Source: the human T2T-CHM13v2.0 reference genome, Homo sapiens
Length of the DNA: 64,000 bases
Assembly (NCBI RefSeq): GCF_009914755.1
Contig: NC_060927.1
Reading direction: 5' to 3' (one strand)
The notes beneath the pieces were generated by a model. That model made no database searches. It saw only the letters and a list, made by a program, of their open reading frames with translations, and was not told the DNA's origin. The position numbers were made by a program, and so were the translations under genes. Shown here one piece after another: positions 51,975 to 64,000 of this stretch (positions are counted from its first letter, which is position 1; the number at the start of each line of letters is the position of its first letter).

Positions 51975-52210
51975 GATAGTTAAAAAGGCAGGCCACTGAG
52001 TAAGATAACCTGGGTTGAATGATTTAATTCACAATTCAAGTATTTCACGGATGTATGGGACACATTCTCTAAATGACAGTTTTCTCACTTTTATAATGGT
52101 TTTAACCTACAGTTTGTGATAGGGTCTGAAGCACATGACATACACATCATGTTTAGTACAGTGCCCTGTACCTAGTAAAGCACTCATTAATTCTTGGGTG
52201 CAATTATTAT
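51975..52210 (+). mobile_element. MIR within L2 remnants (~51770-52350)
   Basis: cctgggttgaat..cagttttctcacttttataatgg..tttagtacagtgccctgtacctagtaaagcactcattaa. Confidence 0.55.
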
Positions 52211-52790
52211 TACCATATATGGTAGTATACTGTTTACATTAAAGCTCTAGCTGCCTAAATTACTCCAATCTATGAAGAAAACATCCTCTAATTAAGTATC
52301 TGGCTACCCTAGCATATAGTTCATATAAGTAGGATGGGTTAAATGTTTGATTAAGTCCCCTAATTTGTCCCAACTCATGTTTTCTTTACCAGTTTTGAAA
52401 TAAGTTGGTTCACTATCATTCCTCTCCAAAATGAGAAAAAAAATTCTCTCGTTTTTATTATTTTGAACTTAAGAATTGTAAAATACCTGATGTATTTCAG
52501 TAATTGCAATTATTCTTATTTGTGCTCAAATTCTCATCTTGGGCCATAGGAAATCTCTTTACATTAGATGCTGAGTTCTTTAACATACCTTAGTAGTTTC
52601 AATAATTTCCTTGGTTTCTGATTTAAGCATATTCTCCAGGCCTATCTCGTAATTTCTCTACCCCAGCTATTTCTTTAAAGCTCCCCAGTTCCTTTTATCA
52701 GAAATGGCAGAGGCCATGCTCCCAGTGTTATGAGTTTTGCTACTGATTTGACTCTGATTCTGGGTATTTTCAATAGACAGAATTAGAAAC

Positions 52791-53523
52791 TTTTTTAAGT
52801 TGGTAGATGAAATTGTATGTATTTATTGTGTACAAAATGATGTTTTGAAGTCTATATGCATTGCAGAGTGGTTAAATATAGCTAATTAACAAATACATGA
52901 CCTCGCATAGTTACTGTTTCTGTGGTGAGGACACAACATCCACCATTTTTGTGTTTTTCAAGAGTACAATATGTCGTCATTCCCTACAGGCACCCTGCTG
53001 CACAATAGAGCTCTTGACCTTATTCCTTCTATTTGACTGTAATTATGTATTCTTTGACCAACATGTTCCCAACCCTCCCTCCCCTCTACTCCACCTTCTG
53101 GTAACCACCATCCTGCTCTCTACTTCTATGAGATCACCCTTTTTAGATTCCACGTATGAGTGAGATAATGTGGTACTTGTCTTTCTATGCCTTGCTTATC
53201 TCATTTAACATAATGTTCTCCAGGGTCATACAGGTTATCACAAATGACAGGATTGTCTTATTTCTTATGGCTAAATAGTATTCCACAATGAATATATACC
53301 ACATCATCTCTATGCATTTATCCACTGATGGACACTTAGGTTGATTCTATACCATGATATTGGGAATGATGTGGAAATAAACATAGGAGTGCAGCTATCT
53401 CTTTAACATACTGATCTCATTTCCTTTGTATATATACCCGTAGTGGGATTGCTAGATCATACAGTAGTTCTATTTTTAATTTTTTGAGGAACCCCTATTC
53501 TTATCCATATTGGCTATACTAAT
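52791..53523 (-). mobile_element. L1MA (L1MA5/6-like) 3' end
   Basis: aaattgtatgtatttattgtgtacaaaatgatgttttgaag..ctggtaaccaccatcctgctctctacttctatgaga..gtagtgggattgctagatcatacagtagttctatttttaattttttgaggaacc. Confidence 0.9.
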
Positions 53524-53879
53524 GGAAATATTTTAAAGGTATATTCCATACAAATTGAAAATTCATCACAAGTAAAACTTTGTATTACAAGTTCATCAGA
53601 ATAGCTTCTTATTTTTCTCCTCTAGTCTAACTACAACATTCCAGACTTTGCAAGTGAATTCTTTTTTTTTTTAACTTAAAATACCCGATCTGTTATTTAG
53701 CATGTATGGGATTCCTGAATACAGGTTGGTATGACTTCTGAAATAAAGTGGAGAGAGATCATCATAGGATAATAAATCAAGAAAAAAATCACCTTGTCTA
53801 AATTATGCCATGCCCTTGATTAAATTGTTCCCATTCTCTTTCCCATTTAAGGACCTTTGGACATGCAATTTTATTATTT

Positions 53880-54360
53880 TTTAACAATTAACAATAATTT
53901 TAATATTATCAAATATCCAATCGTCTTTTAAATGTCATCATAAAATTTATTTTGTGTTTTAAGATTGTTTGAATCTTGATCTAAATAAGTTCCATGGGTT
54001 GTGATTCTTTTAACTATCAGCTTCCTTTGCATCTCTCTTTGTTTTTCTTTGAAATCTATTTGCTTAAGAAACCAGATCGTTTATCCTGTAGAGGTTTCCA
54101 TACTGTAGATTTGGCTGATTGCATCCCTATCCTGTCCTTTAATATTTTATTCTGTCTCCTGTATTTTGTGTAACTTGCCATTTGAATCTATATTTAGGTT
54201 GACTTTTTGGCAAGAATACTTCATAGGAGACCTGTGATGTCTGGTTATCTCCATTTGTGCTATTAGCAGACATTGCTAATCAATGCCACTATCCATTAAT
54301 TAATTAAGAGTTGCCGGATAATATTCCAATTCTATCATTTCTTCTTGATTTATGAGCTGA
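53880..54360 (-). mobile_element. L1MC4/5-like 3'UTR fragment
   Basis: ttaagaaaccagatcgtttatcctgtagaggtttccatactgtagatttggctgattgcatccc..tttttggcaagaatacttcatagg. Confidence 0.65.
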
Positions 54361-55959
54361 AAAGGTAAAAACTTTAATGGATTGAAGCACATATGTTTAA
54401 CTCCATGAATTCACAATGATACTAAATATATTTAGTTGGTCACTTTTGGAGTATTCGATGTTTTGAAAACTGTTAAAATAATTGTGCCATTTTATTTTCA
54501 TGGATTGCATTTCACCTGAATTCTAACCTTGAATTGTTATTATTTATTCATTATTCTTTTTTATTCAGCTTAAATTTCACTCTTTCTAAGAGTTCTTCTT
54601 CTTCTTCCTGCCCTCAGTCTAAACTGTATTTTTATGCCATACTGACTTACAATACTTTCAGCTTTCCTTTAACACTACCCATTGCAATTGGTTAACTGGC
54701 TAGTGATCTTGTTTAAGAATTGTCTCCTCCAGTAAACTCTAAATTCTATGTAATCAAATAATTTGTTTATACCTCTCCCCCAATATCTGGTATAGTTCCT
54801 TAAAACATATATTTAATAAATAAATACAGAAATAGAGCATTCATTATTCATCCTAATAGCTAAGCTAAAGATCTTCGGTAAAATAAAAGAGAGATCAAAA
54901 TTGGTTGTGTAACACAATTATTTTAAGATTCTTTGTAGCTCACTAGGAATTCTACTAGGGTTGTCGCCTCACTTTGCTAGTATTTGCTTTTTGTTTTTTG
55001 TTTTTACATTCTACACAATCTTTATTTAACCAAAGAGCAAAATGGCTTAATCCCCACTTGTTAACACTTAATAAGTGCTGATTTCATTCTCAGTATATTC
55101 AGTTGAGATTGGTTGGCTAATCCCAGGGGATAGATGTACTATACTATTCTGAGAAGTTTGTTTTTAGATGATTACTTCCAGAATTGGGAAAGATCTGGCT
55201 CTACTATAGCCTCCATGAACTCCCAATTTTACCAACTTAATCATATGACAGCTTGACCTAGGGACCATATATTGAGAGTTTGATAAAAATTTAAGAAGAA
55301 ATTAATCATTTTTTCTATCTGTTCTCGAATCCCATATCACAAATTGAAATACGTAGGGAAAAGCTAATCATGATACAGTCACATTCGTGTGTTTACTAAT
55401 ATGGGCTGTAAGGGAAAACCTCCCTAAATGTCTCCTGTGGAATGTAACTAAGTTATACTAGGTTACATTTGTAAATTAATTTGAGTGGATATCTCTCTTT
55501 TATTCAAGTGATTATTCCCAGAAATGTAGGCTATTCATATCTTTTTTTTAAACCGATGAGGTTATTCACTAATAAATCATCATATCAACTGGGGGACACA
55601 GAAGTTCTTAAAAAATATCAATTAAGATATTTGAGATATCTGAACATACTTAAACTTCCACGTGTATGTATGTTTGTGTGTATGTATGCAAGTGTGTATG
55701 AATGTATGAATTTAACATTGTTGGGAGAAATAGCATTCTTACTCATCTGTCATGTAATGGAAACTATCCTTCAGATGTTAATTACTCCTATACAGTCAAT
55801 ATCTCCCATCTCACTACTCCCTTCTTTATGTTTCTATCAAATATATTTGAGTTTTAGAGAATAAAAAGAGATGATGTTTTTACCATTATAAAATATAGTT
55901 TTTGAAATCGACAGCCCATAGCCATATGTTGTTGATGAGGTTAAACCCACTTCCACAAG

Positions 55960-56290
55960 GGTGAAATTTGATTTGTCAAAATTTGTCAACATAGTAGCAC
56001 CCCTTTGTAATCATCATTGGTTCAGGTAACCCAAGCCTAAGTTTTCTTCAGTACATGTTATTCCGCTGGGCCCAGGGAATAATCACAAGTGAGCCAATCA
56101 GCAAGTTCAGGGCTTCCATTTAAAGACTGCGGGAAGTGACATATTCTCTCTTACTACATGTGAAACAAGTTTACAAACCCAATTCCTGCTGAAAATCATC
56201 TTACTCTCATGAGGACAGCCAACCTCAAGATGAAACTGCCATTGCAAATGGCAGCACACACAACCAAGCACTCCAAGACCTTGTCTAACT
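55960..56290 (+). mobile_element. Old ERVL-type LTR fragment (LTR16/33-like)
   Basis: cattggttcaggtaacccaagcc..gagccaatcag..catcttactctcatgaggacagccaacctcaagatgaa. Confidence 0.45.
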
Positions 56291-57529
56291 GCCTCCATTG
56301 CCCACTGAACTACTCTAGTCCTGGGATGCCAGTTTTAGGCAATCTCAAGATATTCATCTTTTTCCCTGGGGGTATCAGTCTCTATCTAAATAGAGCTGTG
56401 GTGTTCCCTTAAAGTTGATGGATTTCCATGTTTCCAACTTGCTACATCTCCTTAGTTTCTTTATTTAGATTATCTCCATATTATTATTACATCTTCATAT
56501 TACGTATGCACTTTGGGCCACTATCAGTATATAATTTCTGACTCCATCCTTTACTCAATAACTATTCGTAAATTATAATTTTATAGCCTCAGGTATCACA
56601 GTAAATCAATAACAGTTCATTAATGTTATAGTCCAATTATTAAGCAAGTCCACTGACAGCCATTAGCATAAATTACATCAAATATGAGAGCCAGAATATT
56701 GATCCTCTCCCCATGGGCACTATATTAATGATGATCACCCTGATTGATCTGTAAATCTTCAGGTGCATGTAGCCTGTAGATCCTACCAGTCTATCCTGGG
56801 CAAATATGTAATTTAAGTTTGTCTGTTAATGTTATTCAGAAACAGAAGTCACAAAAGCCCTTTTCCATTTCTCTTGTTATTTGTCTTAGTACAATGCAAG
56901 GTTAGCCTTAAAGTTGACTGCTGTCAAGTTTATTCATTTCTCTAAGTCAGTCTTTGATAATGCATAATCAAAGGTTAGTTTTCTCCACTCAACAGCTGCC
57001 CTTCAACTATCTTTAGAAACAGATGCATTTCTTAGGATATTGGTGGTGATGTGGAATTTCATATGGCTTATCCAATTTTTCCATTAGCTTATATAAGTTG
57101 AGTTTCTGCAGCGGCAAAAATATTAGGGCCCAACCATCTAACTTAAGGAAGGAATTTGCCAGGGAGAATTGGGTTTATTGGAGAAATAAAACCTCCTACA
57201 ATATAAGGCCTCAGGCCAACTGTCAGGTTCCAAAATCTGATTGTCCACTTTTTTAGCCCCCACTACAGCCTTCTAAAATTAACCATATCTAGTTAGCATT
57301 TAAAAGCTGCCACAACAGTATTTTCTGTGTTTCTAAACACTCTCACTCAAGATTAGCTTAAGAAGAGGACACCTGTCCACAGGAATTTACTTCCTCAGAA
57401 TCTTGCCCCCAAAGCATACAATTCCTTTTCTTTAAAAAATTACATGACTCATTCTTATAGGAAAAAGAAAGAGATAGTTCTATAAAAATTAAAATGTCAG
57501 AAAGGAACAATTTAAACTCGTTTTATGGA

Positions 57530-57765
57530 TAGTCAGTGTAATATAGAAGAATGAGCACTAGTTTTGCCGTCTCACAGACCTGGGTCTAAATACAAGCTTA
57601 GCTGTTACTGGATTCCTAGCTGTGTAATTCAATTGTTTCTTTAGCTTTAATTACTTTCCATGTAAAATGGAGATTATAATGCCCACCCTGAAGATTTCTG
57701 TGAGACTAGAAAGAACATGAGATGCCTAGAACTACTGAATGTTCAATTAAAGGCAGCTGTTATTC
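57530..57765 (+). mobile_element. MIR SINE
   Basis: agtgtaatatagaagaatgagcactagttttg..cagacctgggtctaaat..ctagctgtgt..tgtaaaatggagattataatgcccacc. Confidence 0.7.
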
Positions 57766-57867
57766 TTGCGTTTGTTCTTAGAGGCCGACTACCTTTCCTA
57801 GGCAATAGCTAAAAGTCTGGGTCTTCCCTTGTTTTATTGCTGAATGCAGGGCCATCAGCCTGTTCTC

Positions 57868-57923
57868 TGTAACATGTAAATAAGTAATTTATTAGTGTAA
57901 CATATAAATAAGTAATTTATTAG
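57868..57923. repeat. 28-bp tandem duplication
   Basis: tgtaacat(g/a)taaataagtaatttattag twice, one mismatch. Confidence 0.9.
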
Positions 57924-58414
57924 AGCAAAAGTGCAAACTAATGGATCATTCACGTGTTCAGTGACAGAGGACACTTGAATTGGCATTTGATTGGTTTCTG
58001 AAGGGTGCTTCAAAATTCATTTTGGGGGACATACCTGTCTCAGTTCATGCAGCTTGTCCTGTAATTTGTAGATTTTGCCACACAGTTCTCTTCCAAAGTG
58101 ATAAAACCATTATACGTTTAAAGTGAGAGTGGCTTCTTTTTTGAGATGATGGTTATGTGGTTATGTTTCTTAGGAATAATGATTATATTGATCTCATAAT
58201 GAACTTGGTTTTGGCACCAGCAAAAAATGTTGGAATAGTTTTTACTACAATATTCTGTTGAAAAATAGTTCAGTAAGTCATTAGATTATTTACTATTTGA
58301 GTTTGGGCTATGCTGAGTTAAAAAATTAATTTAATTAAGGACTTTTCAGAGCCTTTAATATGTTTACATGGTTATCGTATGCAGTGTTTGTCAAGTTTAA
58401 TTTTATGGCGACGT

Positions 58415-58620
58415 GAATGTAGCTAACATTTCTTGAGAGTATCATTCATGCCTAGCACTGTTCTAAGTCCTCTACGCATATTATCTAATTTATTCTTTGC
58501 GGAAATCTCATGAGATGAATATTATTGTTATCCACATTTTACAGTGGGGAAATTTGTCCATGGACACATGGTTAAAATTATGAGAGTTGGGTTTCAAATT
58601 CAGGAAGTTTGACTCTAGAA
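58415..58620 (-). mobile_element. MIR SINE
   Basis: gctaacatttcttgagagt..gcactgttctaagtcctctacgcatattatctaatttattct..cacattttacag..gggtttcaaattcaggaagtttgactctaga. Confidence 0.75.
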
Positions 58621-59709
58621 ATATAGTGTGCTAATAAGCTTCTATTAATCGAAGAATCATTTGGGGGTATCTTTCTTTGAAGGAACACTCTGAGACGAAC
58701 GTGGTGAGAAGTACTTTATCAAATGGAATTTGGCAAGCTTGAGTCATTTTCCTTAAGAATTTGATTTACAAAGGGAAGATTGTGTCAGTGAGAGTCTACT
58801 AGAAAATCACTGTAAGTGTTGGGTCTTCTACCTCAAAACGGTGGTTTCCAATTTTTGCGACCCTCCATATAACTAAGTACCACCTAAATTAGAGTTTGCT
58901 AAGTATGGGAAAGAACACCTCCCAGTATTTTCTAACAGAACTTCAGACCCAATGTGTGTAGGCAGAGAGACCCTCATGGCCATATGATGGCTGCCTAGGG
59001 ACCATTCTTGACCACATTCTGATGATTACAAAACGTTATTCCAATAGGAATCCATCCAGTTTTATTTCCCTCAGGTCTCTCCCAGGTGGATTTTCCAAAG
59101 TTCAAAAGATTTAGTCTTAATTCCTTCTATAACAAATATGGATTCTACTTTATCAGTGCTCAGAAATACAACACTGAGTATATCCATCTGAAGACAACTT
59201 CAAATTTGGGAATATCACATGACACAAAGGTTCCATGAGATTAGTAATGTTCAAATGAGAAGGAAGATCTTTTTACGTTTAAATCTGTCATCCTTAAGTG
59301 TTTGTAAGCTATATGTAACATCACCAGTTTTGGATAGGTTTTAACATATTTTCAATTTTATTTCTTATGTAGAAAATTGTTAAATAAATACTTTACTTCT
59401 TTCAGAAACCGAACCCAGTTTAAGTAACATTTAGGGACTTAACCAGGTGGGGAGTGATTTGTACAGTGCCTTGAGTTAGTTTAAGACAAACATGGAATAT
59501 TAATAAATTAGAATCCTTAGCTCAAAAATATATTTCAATAATTACTTCTCTGAAAAGAAAGTCCTACAGGATGCAATTTTTTATTGTTATCTTTCCATTT
59601 GTTGAAGACCTTTCTTTGTTATCCAGGTTAAAGCCTTAGATAAAATTTTGTGAGAGTTATTGCTTTGATAAATTATAATTAAAGCACAATTGGAAAAAAC
59701 ACAAAAGAA

Positions 59710-59753
59710 TTTTTTTAAATTTTACTTTAGGTTCTGGGATACATGTGCAGAAC
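59710..59753 (-). mobile_element. Extremely truncated L1PA 3' tip (~45 bp)
   Basis: ttttactttaggttctgggatacatgtgcagaac is the reverse-complement terminus of L1PA6-8-type 3'UTR. Confidence 0.7.
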
Positions 59754-60616
59754 AAATTTTTGTTTATTCATTCTCTCTTGGCCATCCTACTATTAGGATG
59801 GCTTGAAATTGACTCTAAGAGGGATATAAAGTTGTATATTAAGGAACATTAGGTAGTGTAAGGTCCAGAAGGAAGATAATATCTCAACATGAATTATCAT
59901 AATTTAAGGTATGAATAATATAAATGCCATTAAGAGAATATACAGAGAATGTTATAGGGGTTAGATATAAGGATAATCATTTCAAACTTGGAGGAGGTAA
60001 GAGGTACATCTTATCATAAAAAAAATTCTTCAATTGTCAATGATTAAAAGATAATATAATTATAACCAAGGTTGATGACTTGAGAATTTAAACACTACAG
60101 AGAAACAGTCCCTGTCTCTACATAGTTTTTGAATTTCAATTTAAAATTTTAATCATTATGAAACAATAATTTATTTGTGATACCGTCAAAACTTTAGTGC
60201 TCATTATTTATTTGGGCTGAGCATTAGGGCTTATGTAAAGCAATATTTTGTACAGATTAAGAGTACAATAATTTAAGTAGAGTCAATTCAGAAACTTAAA
60301 CCTGAAGTGAAATCACTTGCTGAATGATCTTAGGAAAACTGTTCAACGACTCTGTTTCTTCGTGTACATCTCAAGCATTTTGATATATAAAGGAAATACC
60401 AGACCTGAAGCTCATAGTGCAGTGTGACTTGCCAATAAGTCCTTGGCATCAGCTGAAGACATCTACAATTGATTATACCCATTAAAAATGAAAATCCTTG
60501 ATTAGTTGTACCAGTCATTTAGACAAAACTTGAGAGAGCAACCCCTGTCACTTTGAGTGCTATGTCACAATCAAATGTCTTTTGAAGGCATTATAAAAGT
60601 ACACTCATATAGGTAT

Positions 60617-60710
60617 CATATATATATATATATATATATATACACACGTTATGACACACACACATATATAAAATATATATACATAAAAAAAGATATATAT
60701 ATATATAATA
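60617..60710. repeat. (TA)n/(CA)n low-complexity tract
   Basis: Read directly from sequence. Confidence 0.9.
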
Positions 60711-62514
60711 TGATACCCCACCACCAACACTCCTCCCAGACTAGATTGCTTTTTATATCCTGTACATCGAGGCTTGACAGAATAATGCAGAGGAAGCCAT
60801 CAGCTCTGTAAATTACTAGAAGAATATTACAGCATTTTCATTCATCACTAAGTCATTTTCATACTTTATTCATTACATGATTGGCATAATTCAATGTAAT
60901 TTCCACTTCCAAGAGTTTGAAATATTAGCTACTTTCTATTTTCATTCCCTTCCTACAGAAGCATCAATTACCTTAAAGTTTTCCAAGGATTCCTTCTTTG
61001 CCGTCATTTCTGTCATCAGTCAGCTGGTGTGACACATTAACATTGAATGTCTATGCCATGGAAATGACTGAATGCTGAAAATATCAGAAGAGGTTGAATT
61101 ACGGTATGAGGAGTTTCTAATATGTCAAAATGGTCCAACAAAGGGAGGGAGGAAGGGAGCATCACGTGTTCAGAGGCAGTGGTGAACAAAATGAGAAGAA
61201 TCACTTCCAAAAGCAAAGAAACTATCATCAATGATAAATACCACCCACCCAGGACTCACTAGGTGCAAGGTTTCCTGTTAAATTCTTTATACATGTTAGC
61301 TAATTTACATATGTTTATTGTTACTGATTGAAATGATGTAAAGTTATCTTTCTCCTCCTTCAAGCTAAGCAGAAAAAAGGAATTGCAACTTTATTCACAC
61401 ATTCATGCCCTCAAATTCATCGAATCTTTAATATGTGTGAGCTATTGTATGAGCATGTCATGTGTATGCAGAAATGATCACATTTTCTTTACTCTCAATT
61501 AGAAGAGCTGAGGTATTTCATATTTAATATCATAAGTATTTGGATAATATGGGTGCATATTCAGAGAGTGCGTGTTATAAACATAAACCTTGTTTCTTGG
61601 TCTGAAATACTTGTATAGAGATGTATGGCATAATACACATATTTAAAATTGACTACTACTTTGGAAGTGACCAGGGACTATTATTCCTATAGTCCAATAG
61701 AAGAACCAGAATATTAAAGAAGACCTGTTGTGACCAAATTCCTCTGGGTATTGAATGGCAGTGTCTGGAAAAGGAGATGGGTCTTAACATCTAGTCTGTT
61801 ATATTGGTGAAGTGTTACAGGCCTCCACCGAAAGAATGTTTTCCAAAAATCACAAATGGTGATTTAGTTTTTCTTTTATTAGCTCTCAGCTTCTATCTCA
61901 ATATTTTGACTTTGTAAACTAGTGTCTGTGCAAAGTTTTCTCCAATTTATCTCCTTGTGCCTTTCATCATAAGAGGCGATAAGAAAGTGGTAAGCAGAAA
62001 GCTGTCCATTAATCTTGTTGGAAGGACGATCTACCTTCAGAGTGTCTAAATCAGGGCTCCTGGGCTTTGTTGTATGGTTTTGTCTGCACCACTCTGCTTT
62101 AAAGTCCAGAACTGTAACTGACAAGTCTTGAGTTTTAGGAGACTGGGCCTGACTGCAGGCCTTTAAGGAGAGCTGTAGTTAACTCCAGGTGAGGAGTGAG
62201 ACCTACAGCAGGGAAGAGGCCCTGGCCTCAGGGCACCAGGGTAAAGTCCAGCTTTCCCTATGATACCTCTAAACCAGAAGTTCCTCAAGGGGATTAGGCC
62301 TAGGTAGACCATGAAGACAGTACCCAGAAGAGACAAACCAAGACTACAGGGTGAGAAAAGTCAAGTAGGAGGCCAGGAGAAGATTTCAAGTTGTGTGTTC
62401 CATTTGGTTTCAGTGGATTCATTACTTCTACATACCTTGTCTGCAGGCTCCAGACATCTGTCCTCTGATGCAGGCTTCTATGGAGATAGGTTTAGTAATT
62501 TCATAAGAAAATTA

Positions 62515-63365
62515 CAGGCAGTCCCTATTTAGCAAGAGTCATATGCAAGAGTTTCAGTTACCACAGTTTAGTTAAATGATGCCAGTCCTCCAACAACACA
62601 GCTAAAATTTCAGCTGCCATGGCATATGAACCATGAATAAGTGCATGAAGTAAATACTTTGCCGCTAACTCTACAGTCCACAAATCACTACATAAGGAAA
62701 AGATGTACATCATAATGATTGGCCAGTCACATCACTTCTTTCAACTTCTGTGGATGGCTGAACCTGCTTATCTGTTGTTTATTTCACGTACAGACAGTAA
62801 AGTGTGTAGTTGGGTTGCTTCCTTTTCTCAGCGATAAACTCATGGGACATTTTACAAAAATGGATAATGGAAAGAGGGAATTGAATTGGCCAACAAAAAT
62901 GAAAGTACAGTAAAGATATGAAAACCAATCATGTGCAAAGTGAAATTTGACTGGAATATAAATGGAGATATAGAAGAAATAGCTCACAATAGGAATGTTG
63001 ACACTGCAGACATTCAAGAGACTCTGGATATGCAGGCAGAGGAATTCATAAAATACAGCACTGACATCAGTGAGAAAGGATGTCAGAATGAAAAAAGATG
63101 TCTCAGAGGAAGTAATAATGGCCGAAAAAAAGAAAAAACACACAAAAAAACCCCACTTTCCATTAAAAAGAAAACTCTTATAAATATTTCGAGACATTGA
63201 AAACACAAGGGATAAAATTTTGGAAGTTGATTCAAACATGAAAAGGAGCATGACAATTTCCCAAGACATAGAAAACAATGCTCACTCCATCCCTCCATTG
63301 CATAACTCCTCCTCAAGTTATACAATAAGAAGGCCAGAAGGTAAGGACTGTTCAGACTACTCTAG
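62515..63365 (+). mobile_element. TcMar-Tigger element (Tigger6-like) with decayed transposase remnant
   Basis: TA|caggcagtccc start, tttcagttaccacagtttagttaaat, acattttacaaaaatggataat, peptide IEEIAHNRNVDTADIQETLDMQAEE resembling a Tigger transposase C-terminus. Confidence 0.8.
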
Positions 63366-63379
63366 GTTACTGAGCTTTC

Positions 63380-64000
63380 ATTAAACTTTTATATCATTGT
63401 AGATTCACATTTAGTTGTATGAAATAACATAGAAATATGCCTGTATCATTTACTCAGTTTCCCTCAAAGGCAACACCTTTCAAAACTGTAATACAAAAAT
63501 CACAACCAGTGTAATGACATTGATACAGTCAAAATACAAAACACCTCCATCAGCACAGAGATTCCACATATTGCTCTGTCATAGTCATACCTACTTCCCT
63601 CCTGCCCCACCCCTCTCTAAGCTGTGGCATCTACCAATCTGTTTTGCATTTTCATAATTTTGTCATGTTAAGAATGTTTTGTAAATGACGCTATATAGTA
63701 TGTAAACTTTTGAATTAGATTTCTTTATAATTCTATGGAAAGTCATCCAGGTTGCTGTGTGTATCAATAGTGTGTTCTTTTTTACTGGTGAATAGTATTC
63801 CGTGGTATAAATGTACCACAGTTCATTTAACCATTCATACACCGAAGAACACCTAGGTTGTTTTCAGTTTGGTACTATTATCAATAAAGCTGCTATAAAC
63901 ATTTGTATACTAGTTTTGTATGAACATAAGTCATCACTTCTAAGGGATAAGTTCCTGAGGGTTCAAGTGCTACGTCATAAAATAGCTGTAGGTTTAACTT
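63380..64000 (-). mobile_element. L1MC/L1MD-type 3' end, running off the window
   Basis: tgtagattcacat..ttactcagtttccc..cacaaccagtgtaatgacattgatacagtcaaaatacaaaaca..aataaagctgctataaacatttgt. Confidence 0.85.

Noticed and set aside
56400-57270. Possible ancient LTR-element internal sequence ending ccccactaca
   Set aside because: Too diverged to assign a family by eye; needs a Dfam search
59781-59802. 9-bp stem hairpin gccatccta-ctat-taggatggc (similar small inverted repeats at 48769-48796 and ~22844-22864)
   Set aside because: Short inverted repeats like these are expected by chance in 64 kb; no pre-miRNA-length stem
62784-63325. 164-aa and 89-aa ORFs
   Set aside because: Antisense and sense readings of a decayed Tigger transposase remnant; no intact DDE domain

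Overview
This is mammalian non-coding DNA, almost certainly human or another great ape, since it contains AluY, L1PA3-like, LTR12/ERV9 and SVA elements. It is AT-rich intronic or intergenic sequence. I found no supportable protein-coding exon, tRNA, rRNA or CRISPR array; the listed ORFs derive from simple repeats, Alu/L1/SVA/LTR/Tigger remnants, or chance. Much of the window is a layered record of transposable elements (MIR, L2, L3, MaLR/ERVL LTRs, hAT MERs, Tiggers, L1M, L1PA, Alu, LTR12, SVA). Family names come from my recollection of consensus sequences, and boundaries of old elements are approximate. The most unusual signals are not in the ORF track. (1) A 38-nt tailless U3 snoRNA retrocopy with a 12-bp TSD. 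(2) Three separate short local copy-and-paste insertions within about 20 kb: a 130-bp inverted copy splitting an Alu, a 91-bp direct copy ending in an 18-bp palindrome, and a 325-bp copy of the LTR12 core promoter wrapped in inverted repeats. These resemble fossil template-switching repair events. I cannot identify the host gene or locus and see no evidence of a new protein-coding system.
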